Source of the DNA: Angustibacter luteus
GTDB lineage: Bacteria; Actinomycetota; Actinomycetes; Actinomycetales; Angustibacteraceae
Direction of reading: 5' to 3'
DNA length: 64,000 bases
Assembly (NCBI RefSeq): GCF_039541115.1
Contig: NZ_BAABFP010000008.1
Span: forward strand, 310,001-374,000
Below the pieces are notes generated by a model. That model saw nothing but the letters and a program-made list of their open reading frames with translations. It was not told the DNA's origin and did not search any database. The position numbers were made by a program, and so were the translations under genes. Shown here one piece after another: positions 56,885 through 64,000 of the stretch. Numbering within the stretch: position 1 is the stretch's first letter; every line of letters begins with the position of its first letter.

Positions 56885-58216
56885 TCAGGGCTTCAGGTTC
56901 GTGAGCACGATCGCCGCGTATGCGCGGGCCGTCTTGTCTGCCGCGGCTGTGCTGATCCGATGGCCGCCGTGAGCTGTCTGGATGTCGATGACAACTTCGA
57001 CGTTCTGGGCGGCGGTCGCGACCGGCTTCGACCCGGGGACGTTGGCACCTTGAGGTACCAGCAGGTGCCGGTTCCCGTACGCATCGGTCCGCGTGACCGG
57101 CTCATGCGAGGTGGCCACAACCAGGTAGCCGGTGGAGATGGCGACTTGGCCGCTGTGCGTGCCGGGAGTCACCGACCACAGGCAGGTCCGCTTCGAAGCC
57201 TGCACCAGGTACACCGGTGCACCGACCAACTTCGTCACCTGCGCGGCGTTCACACCCAGGCAGGAGCCGGCGGTGGTGGACGTGTTACCGGTGTTCTGAC
57301 CCGAAGGGCGTGAGGCGGTTTGGTCGATCATCGCGACGGCCCCGAGCCACACGATCGCGAGCATGATCAAGCACCCGAGCGCCGACAGCAGCGAGGACTT
57401 CCTTCGCGACCGCGCGCTTCCCCGCGTCGTCTTGCCGGGCCGCCCCGGGCCGGCGGCGTCCCCACCACGGCGACCGGGGCCAGCTGCCCGCACCTGCGTC
57501 CGCGGCGCTGACGGCAGCGCGCGAGCCCGATTCCCCTTCCGCGGGATCGGCAGCTCAATGGTTCTGGCTGGCGCGACTGCGGCTGGCGGGAAGGTGACCG
57601 CCATGCGATTGGCCAAGCCCTGCACCTGATCCGGAGCCAGCACAGGCGGCAACCTGGCAACCCATTCCGCCAGATCGCCCACGGGAACGACGGCAACGCC
57701 TGCCACCATCTGCGGTGGCCCGAAGCCCGCGGCCCGGTCTCCGGCCAGACAGAGCACCGGCGTTACCGGCACGCCGAGGACCTGGGCGACCTCCTCGGCC
57801 ATCCGCCCAACCTTCTGCGCCTCGGCGGTCTTGCGGTTGCTGTTCCGGCTCCCGCCCTCCCCGAACGTGTGCTGCCACAGGCTGCCCTCATAGACGCTGA
57901 CCTGCCCAGCCCAATTCTTGGCATCGACCAACATGAGCCCGCCGGTCGTGACAACCAGGTGGTCCAGGTTCACGGCGGATCGGCCCGGACGTAGGAGGCG
58001 GTCGTGAAGCACCCGCGGCATTAGAGCGTCGGGCAGGTCGGCCAAAGCGGTCGCTACCCGAAGCTCCCCTTCGGCGCCTGCATCCCAGGCGCCAGCTTCC
58101 GCGAGTAGCCGCTCACTGCGCGCGCGTGCAGCCTCGGCCTCAGCTCGCAGTTCGCTGGCCCGCCTCGCTGCAGACACATTCTCAGTCACCTGAACTGCAT
58201 CGGAAACTGACGGCAA
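56885..58216 (-). CDS. NERD nuclease-domain protein with TM helix and C-terminal extracytoplasmic domain
   Basis: GAEGE, LHD, NLDHLVV..GG..VDAKNW; basic linker; TM LLSALGCLIMLAIVWLGAVAM; Cys pair in the C-domain. Confidence 0.8.
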   Translation of the reverse strand: MPSVSDAVQVTENVSAARRASELRAEAEAARARSERLLAEAGAWDAGAEGELRVATALADLPDALMPRVLHDRLLRPGRSAVNLDHLVVTTGGLMLVDAKNWAGQVSVYEGSLWQHTFGEGGSRNSNRKTAEAQKVGRMAEEVAQVLGVPVTPVLCLAGDRAAGFGPPQMVAGVAVVPVGDLAEWVARLPPVLAPDQVQGLANRMAVTFPPAAVAPARTIELPIPRKGNRARALPSAPRTQVRAAGPGRRGGDAAGPGRPGKTTRGSARSRRKSSLLSALGCLIMLAIVWLGAVAMIDQTASRPSGQNTGNTSTTAGSCLGVNAAQVTKLVGAPVYLVQASKRTCLWSVTPGTHSGQVAISTGYLVVATSHEPVTRTDAYGNRHLLVPQGANVPGSKPVATAAQNVEVVIDIQTAHGGHRISTAAADKTARAYAAIVLTNLKP

Positions 58217-58395
58217 GACCTAAGGACCTACCGAGCCCAGAAGCCCGAGAGGACCAGGTCACCTCACACCGACGAAGAGGCTTGCCCACTACTCCATGGC
58301 AACCGCACGCGCGTCATTCCGCCGCGAGGCAGACTCCAGCGATGCGCCGTCCGTCGACTCTGACGCACGCGCCTGCCTTCTCTCGGCGACAATCC

Positions 58396-58806
58396 TCAAG
58401 CCAGCTCTGAGGCAGTGTGGCCGGCAACTGCCGCCGGTTCGAACCGCAACTCGACGCGACTCCAGCAGTCGTCCCGAAGAGTCGCAACCTCAAGCCCGCA
58501 GCTCGCGCACAGGAGGTTGGGGCCGTCCAGCCCGTCGTGGGCGCAGCACCCGCTGTTGCGGCGAGGGTCTGGGTGTGGGCTCAACCCGACGCCGTCGACA
58601 GGATTGATTGTCAGGCAGCCCAGGGTGCTGGTTGGGATGTCGCCGTCCCAGCCGACTGGGTTCGGATCGACAGCGAGGGACCCGATCGGAAGGGTCGGCC
58701 GATATCCATCGGGCAGTTGTTCCGGCTCGGGCATCTCCGCAAGCTGTTCGACTGGTCGTGAAAGGTGCTCGCCGCAGCGACGGCAGATGAGGACGACGAG
58801 ACCCAT
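58396..58806 (-). CDS. Cys-rich putative Zn-binding hypothetical protein
   Basis: CRRCG, GCCAHDG.DGPNLLCASCG, DDCW; start at ATG 58806. Confidence 0.7.
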   Translation of the reverse strand: MGLVVLICRRCGEHLSRPVEQLAEMPEPEQLPDGYRPTLPIGSLAVDPNPVGWDGDIPTSTLGCLTINPVDGVGLSPHPDPRRNSGCCAHDGLDGPNLLCASCGLEVATLRDDCWSRVELRFEPAAVAGHTASELA

Positions 58807-58992
58807 GGCCCCAAGCATTGCTCATGCCAGCTCGTGGCAGCCACCACTTCCCGCCTTGCGGCGGCCGAGCCAGTGTCAATCGGCCGCCTGGCGGGCTGCC
58901 ATGTCGATGGGGATAGCGTCGACGGGTTCGCAGCCTTGCTGCGGTGGCGGTGGGCGTGGCTGGGCGTGGTGCAGTCGCCGCGCGAGGTGAGC

Positions 58993-59900
58993 ATGTCTGC
59001 CGAGAAGCTGTTGCCGTTCCAGCCGTTGACGATGACCAGCGCCCAGATCACAGCCGTCTCGTACTTAGCCCGGTACTCCGGTCACACCCACGACCTGTAC
59101 GCCCACCAGCTGCAACGCTGGTTCGCGTGGTGCGAGACCAACGCCCTGGACCCACTGGTTGGGATCCAACGCGCGCATGTCGAGCTCTTCATCCGCCACT
59201 CGGCGAGGCCGGGCTGATGGACTCCACGGTCAACACGATGATGCACGCGGTCCGTGGGTACTTCCGGTTCGCTCACATCGACGGCCTCATCCCGGGCGAT
59301 CCCGCCGTCTACGCCCGCCTGCCTAGGATCCACCGCGACGAGACCCGCACCCACGGACTGGACCGCCTCGAGCTGATCCGGTTCCTGCAGGTCGCCCAGA
59401 CGCTCAGCGTGCACCACGGGGCGCTGGCGTTCCTGCTCGGCATCAACGCCCTGCGCGCCTCCGAGGCGGCAGCAGTCCGGATCGAGGACTACGCGGACAC
59501 GCTGCGCGGCCACCGGGTGCTGCACCTGGTCGGAAGGGGATCAAGCCCGCCACCATGCCGCTGACCGTCCCGGTGCTGCGTGTCCTGGAGGCATGTCGCG
59601 GTGAACGTGCGAGCGGAGCGCTGGTTCTAAGACCGACATCGGGCAACCCGGTCGACCGACGCGACGTCGACCGCATGGTCATCCGAATCGCGAAGACCGC
59701 CGGCATCCCCAGGCATATCAGCCCGCACTCGCTACGCCATGCCGCAATCACCAACGCCCTGGACGCCGGCGTCCCTTTGCGCGATGCCCAGATCCTCGCC
59801 CGTCGCCGACCCCCGCACCACCCAGCACTACGACCGAGCGCGCGGCAAACGCGACCGCCCCGGCGTCCACGTCCTCACCGCCTACGTCGCCGGCGTCTAG
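58993..59900 (+). pseudogene. Tyrosine recombinase/integrase with three frameshifts
   Basis: Consecutive segments in different frames: YLARY..RAHVEL / ALRASE..VG / K.ATMPL..SPHSLRH..AQILAR / ADPRTTQHYDRAR; breaks near 59200, 59535 and 59803. Confidence 0.88.
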
Positions 59901-60115
59901 CCAGCGCTGATGCGGCGCGGGGGCCTGGTCCTCAGCGCCCAGAATGAAACAGGCAGCCTCCCTGGGCAGCGATGCTCGAAGTCCTTCGCTTGACCCGGGA
60001 ACACGCGGAAGTAACTATGGTCGCGTGGGTGATGACAGGATTCCCGGCGAAGCAGAACTGCTTCCCAGCGACTATGCATGTCCCGTTCCCACTTGCGAGA
60101 CGAAGCGAGAAGGCG

Positions 60116-61198
60116 TCATTCATCCGGTGCCCTGCCCGCGACACCCGACGATTCCATTGGTTTGGATTCGGTTTTCGCAATGACGCGTGCAACATGCTCG
60201 TCTGCTGCTAGCAGCGCTGCACCGTAGCCCTTCGCGCTGGAGGTGGCTGCGGCGTAGGACATCCTTGCGAGAAGCAGGCAAACGGCCACGGTGACGATGG
60301 TGGTGACATGGAAGAGTCCGCTGTATGTCAACGTGGCTGCAATACCGGCCATGGTCAGGAGAATCCATGCCAAGACCAGCGTGCAGTACATGTTCAGGCG
60401 AGTTCGGAAGTCGCTGACTTGAACAGTGAGCCGCTCAGGGATGCGCTCGTAGTTCCGAAGAATGAAGCCTTCGAGATCGCCGCCGTCAGCGAGTTTCATG
60501 CGATCCTCACGCGCCCTCAAAGTGTTGCCCAGTCTGGTCGCCATCGTTCGGTGGGCAGCCGGGAAGTTACGGGCCTCTCGCTCTACAGACTCCAGTCGAC
60601 GAAGCGCCGCAGGCTCAGCGGCCGTTCGCCAGTGCATCAGCAGGTAGTCGGCTTCCGGGTCGGGTGGCGCCTCGTTAGCGCCTGCTCGTAACCTGACTCG
60701 CCCCTTCAGCCGCCGCTTGAGCGCTTTGTCGCCACCTGCAAGCTTCCCGAACGATGACTTACGGGTCCGTCGCTCCAGGCGCTTCGCTAGCTTCCGGACT
60801 TCCGCGCCCTCGACTTTAAGGGACGTAACCCTCCGTCTCCGAAGTTGGCGAGCCCACCAACGGTCCGTCCAGTAGCCTTCCAGCAACTTGATCATTTCGA
60901 ACTCGAATGCCTGGGTCATCACCGTCGAAAACACGACCGCGAAAGCCAGGACCAAGGCGCCCCCAACGCTCGGAGTCGCCAGCTGCGATACGGCCGACGC
61001 AATCGACGGGAAATCACCATCTGGGTTCGACTGACTGAGCGCCACCATGAACGCAGCGCCTCCCGTCAAGACAATGCCCGGCATCCAAGCGCTGAGGCTC
61101 AGCTGGTCAAAAATGCGACCCAGGACGGCGGACAACTCCTTGCTGGCCGGAAGACTGACTCCTGGATTCGATGGTCGATCGCTAGACATGTTCGGCAT
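60116..61198 (-). CDS. Hypothetical membrane protein (2+2 TM)
   Basis: DQLSLSAW.P, K.LEGYW, basic coiled region, TRLGNTLRA, two C-terminal TM helices. Confidence 0.7.
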   Translation of the reverse strand: MPNMSSDRPSNPGVSLPASKELSAVLGRIFDQLSLSAWMPGIVLTGGAAFMVALSQSNPDGDFPSIASAVSQLATPSVGGALVLAFAVVFSTVMTQAFEFEMIKLLEGYWTDRWWARQLRRRRVTSLKVEGAEVRKLAKRLERRTRKSSFGKLAGGDKALKRRLKGRVRLRAGANEAPPDPEADYLLMHWRTAAEPAALRRLESVEREARNFPAAHRTMATRLGNTLRAREDRMKLADGGDLEGFILRNYERIPERLTVQVSDFRTRLNMYCTLVLAWILLTMAGIAATLTYSGLFHVTTIVTVAVCLLLARMSYAAATSSAKGYGAALLAADEHVARVIAKTESKPMESSGVAGRAPDE

Positions 61199-61408
61199 TT
61201 TGCGCGCACGAGCCCCCCATCTGTGGGAGGTAGGCCCCAGCGTGCCGACTCGTCGACCGCGCAGTTCCAGCGGCAGTCACGCGGACTGAGGGGTGGACCG
61301 TGAGACGCACTCATGCATTCTGGGCGAGCCGGGTACCTGCGTCATACCGCCGCGAGTGACCGACTTTCGCAGGTCAGGGGCACATTCGAAGCTGCCCCTG
61401 AGTCCGGC

Positions 61409-64000
61409 TCAGCGCACGACGTGCACTGTCGTGACTGTGGTGTGGGAGCCGACGCGGGTACCGATGTTCCAGTAGGCGTGGTTGCTCATCGACTGCGTGA
61501 ACGTCACACCCAAGGCCCAACGGTTCTTTCCGATGCGCTTGAAGAGGAGGCCGCCGCCCGCCGGACGGCCAGGTGAGGGAGTCGCGTAGATGAACGTCGG
61601 ACGGTTGGCCGCGGCGACCAGCACCGTGTAGGTGCGGCCGCGGTGGACGACGTAGCGACCGTCGCTCATCGACGCCCCACTGATGGCCACCGACGTGGTG
61701 CGGGCGACCAGGCGGGTGCTGCTGCGGTTGCCTGCCCGGTCCGTCGCGGTCGCGACGTAGGTGACCTGGTGTCCGCGCGTCGTCCGCGTCACCGTGCAGG
61801 CGGTGACCCCCGACAGGCTGTCGGCGGCGCGGCAGCCGGCGACCGGACCCGTGGCGAAGTATGTTGCCCCGGCTCGGACGCCGGTCACGCGGGCGGTCGG
61901 CCGGACGCTGTCGATGTTGATGCCGGTGACCACGGCCGTTGCCGCACCACCGTCGGCGGCGATGATCGTGCGGGTGACCGACTGGCCCGCGGCGTTGCGC
62001 GACAGCGTCACCGGAGCAGGGCAGGTCGCGGTCAGCGCGGCGCTGGTCTGGTGGCAGGTGAAGGTCACCGTCACCGATGTGGCGTACCACCCGTGGCGGG
62101 ATGCCTTCGTGCTCGAGACGGCGGCGGTGATCACCGGGTCGCGGCGGGCCGTGGAGGCCGAGGAGCCGGTGAACGAGGTGTCTCCGGCGTAGATCGTCGA
62201 GACCGCCCGGTCGGCGCCGTTGGGAACGCGGTGGGCGAGGGTCGCCGTCCCGCTGGTGAGGCTGGCGCTGCCGATCTTGGTCCCGGCAAGGTAGAAGTCG
62301 ACGTTCCCGGTGGGGTCGCCGGCGCCCGGCACCGTCGGGGTCACGGTCGCGGTGATGGCGTTCGGGTCTATCGACACCGAGGAGGTGGTCGCGGCCTTGC
62401 CGACGGTCAGGGCCTGGGGGGTGGCGCTGGACGCGGCGTATGTGTCCGAATCGGTCGGGGTGAAGACCGCGCCGACCGGGTGCGAGCCGACGGCCAGGCC
62501 GGAGCCGACCAGGTTCGAGCTGGTGGCGGTACCGTCCGCGGCGAGTGCGAGGGGGCTGCCGACCGGTGCTCCGTCGAGGGTGAACTGGACGGACCCGTCG
62601 TGGGTGCCGCTGACCGCGACCGTGGCGGTGGCCGCCTGGCCGAAGACGACGCCGCCGGTCGGCAGGCTCAGGGTGGTGGCCGTCGCGTTCAGTGCCACGG
62701 CCAGGTCCTGGGTCGCGGTCGGAGCGGCGGTGTAGGTGCTGCTGCCGGCCTGATCGGCGGCGATCACGCACTGACCGGCGTGATTGAAGTCGACCTGACC
62801 GCCGGTGCTGACCGTGCACGCAGGGCTGGTGGTGCTGAACGTGACCGTGTTGCCCGAGCCACCGCCCGTGGCGGTGACCACGGCGCTGCCGCCCACCGTG
62901 GCGTTCGTCGGCGGGACCGAGGTGAAGGTGATGTCCTGGCTTGCGAACGGGGCGATCACCGAGAGCGTGTTGTCGGAGTTGACCACGTAGGCCCGGTGGG
63001 TGATGCGGTCGACCTCGACGGCCGTCGGGTGGTCGCCGACCGGGACGGTGGCGAGGATGGCGTTGCTGGTCTTGTCGATCACGGAAACCGTGTTGTCGCC
63101 GTAGTTCGTGACGTAGAAGAGACCGGCGGCCGGGTCGATGGCCACATCGGAGGGCTGGGTGCCTGCGGCCAGGGTGCCGGTGATGGCGGCGGCGTCGTTG
63201 CTGATGTCCACGACGGAGATGTTCCCGGAGTTGGCGACGTAGGCACGCTGGGTCTCCGGGTCGACCGTGACCTGGGTCGGGCCGCCGAAGCCGTAGAGGG
63301 TGTCGAGCGTGGCGGTGCCGGAGATGGTCGACAGGCTCCCGCCGTACAGCGTGGTGGCGTAGGCGCGGTGGGTGGTGGGGTCCACGTCCACCGCCCAGGG
63401 GCGGCTCTCCAGGTAGCCGGTTTCGGCGATGGTCGCGGGGCTCTGCGCCGGGTCGATCACCGACATGACCTGGGACCAGTAGTTCACGACGTAGACCAGG
63501 TGGGTCGTCGGGTCTACTGCCAGGCCGCGCGGGTTCGACAGCCCGGGGATCGTGTCGACAACGGTGTTGGTGCTGGTGTCGATCACCGATACCGAGCTGC
63601 CGTCCACCCCCTCGCCGAGGAATCCGTCTACCCCGTAGTTGGTGACGTAGGCCCGGTCGAGAACGGGGTCGAGTGCGATCCGTTGCGGTGAGTCACCGAC
63701 CGGGATCGTGGCCTTGACCGTGCCCGTGCTCGTGTCGACCACCGTCACCTGGTTCGAGCTGCCGTCGACGAGGTAGACCGACTGGTGAGCGGGATCGACG
63801 ACCAGGCTGTCGTTGAGGGGATGCGCGAAGTGGATCGTGTCGACCGGCGCGTAGGACGTCGAAGCGGTCGCGGGAGTCGCCGAACCCGCCATGACAGCTC
63901 CGGCGACCAGGGCCATCGTCACCGCACCGAGCACCGCCTTCCTGCCCGAGCGTCCGAGGGCGCGAGCGGATCGGGCGGAGCGGCCGCCGTACGCAGACAG
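61409..64000 (-). CDS. Secreted YVTN/YncE beta-propeller + Ig-like (Big_3) protein, probably 5'-truncated by the window edge
   Basis: Repeated YVTN/VSVID/IPVG..P blades, then Ig-like domains; frame stays open from 63934 to the window end. Confidence 0.85.
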   Translation of the reverse strand: MSAYGGRSARSARALGRSGRKAVLGAVTMALVAGAVMAGSATPATASTSYAPVDTIHFAHPLNDSLVVDPAHQSVYLVDGSSNQVTVVDTSTGTVKATIPVGDSPQRIALDPVLDRAYVTNYGVDGFLGEGVDGSSVSVIDTSTNTVVDTIPGLSNPRGLAVDPTTHLVYVVNYWSQVMSVIDPAQSPATIAETGYLESRPWAVDVDPTTHRAYATTLYGGSLSTISGTATLDTLYGFGGPTQVTVDPETQRAYVANSGNISVVDISNDAAAITGTLAAGTQPSDVAIDPAAGLFYVTNYGDNTVSVIDKTSNAILATVPVGDHPTAVEVDRITHRAYVVNSDNTLSVIAPFASQDITFTSVPPTNATVGGSAVVTATGGGSGNTVTFSTTSPACTVSTGGQVDFNHAGQCVIAADQAGSSTYTAAPTATQDLAVALNATATTLSLPTGGVVFGQAATATVAVSGTHDGSVQFTLDGAPVGSPLALAADGTATSSNLVGSGLAVGSHPVGAVFTPTDSDTYAASSATPQALTVGKAATTSSVSIDPNAITATVTPTVPGAGDPTGNVDFYLAGTKIGSASLTSGTATLAHRVPNGADRAVSTIYAGDTSFTGSSASTARRDPVITAAVSSTKASRHGWYATSVTVTFTCHQTSAALTATCPAPVTLSRNAAGQSVTRTIIAADGGAATAVVTGINIDSVRPTARVTGVRAGATYFATGPVAGCRAADSLSGVTACTVTRTTRGHQVTYVATATDRAGNRSSTRLVARTTSVAISGASMSDGRYVVHRGRTYTVLVAAANRPTFIYATPSPGRPAGGGLLFKRIGKNRWALGVTFTQSMSNHAYWNIGTRVGSHTTVTTVHVVR

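Larger units (their letters stand above)
51890..61400. mobile_element. Genomic (defence-like) island; boundaries approximate
   Basis: Visibly more A/T at third codon positions than the core genes; adjacent tRNA; nuclease/toxin genes; integrase pseudogene. Confidence 0.65.

Overview
High-GC actinobacterial chromosome segment; the gene content resembles Micrococcales/Kineosporiales. Bases 1-31 kb are mostly a conserved core block: dtd, asparaginase, a GGDEF cyclase, an HBHA-like gene and its regulator, rsiG/amfC, ygfZ, glnR, a 5'-nucleotidase, mshD, ppk1, a fabI, mutT1, pstSCAB, pit and DUF47. Bases 31-51.8 kb hold accessory metabolic and surface genes: acyl-CoA ligase, MFS, a SARP-ATPase cassette, a degenerate GH3 with LacI, and a large LPXTG Ig-repeat protein. 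tRNA-Lys(TTT) follows, then an atypical-composition island (about 51.9-61.4 kb). The island carries SMI1/KNR4 plus a Tox-GHH-like nuclease, a coiled-coil/Mrr-N-like gene coupled to a DUF4041-GIY-YIG gene, a membrane NERD protein and a triply frameshifted tyrosine recombinase. The most striking unannotated structure is an AbiEi-wHTH/PD-(D/E)XK (DUF559-like) gene between pstB and pit. It is enclosed by nested terminal inverted repeats that run from the TAA stop of pstB to the TAA stop of pit, and a gene-less miniature copy of the same repeats lies 11 kb upstream. This suggests a transposase-free mobile element with a MITE/REPIN-like derivative. Other candidates are a second REP-like palindrome family, a SigR/SigH-promoted structured RNA and a 35-aa membrane protein missed by the ORF track. 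All family assignments come from motif recognition by eye; no searches were run.
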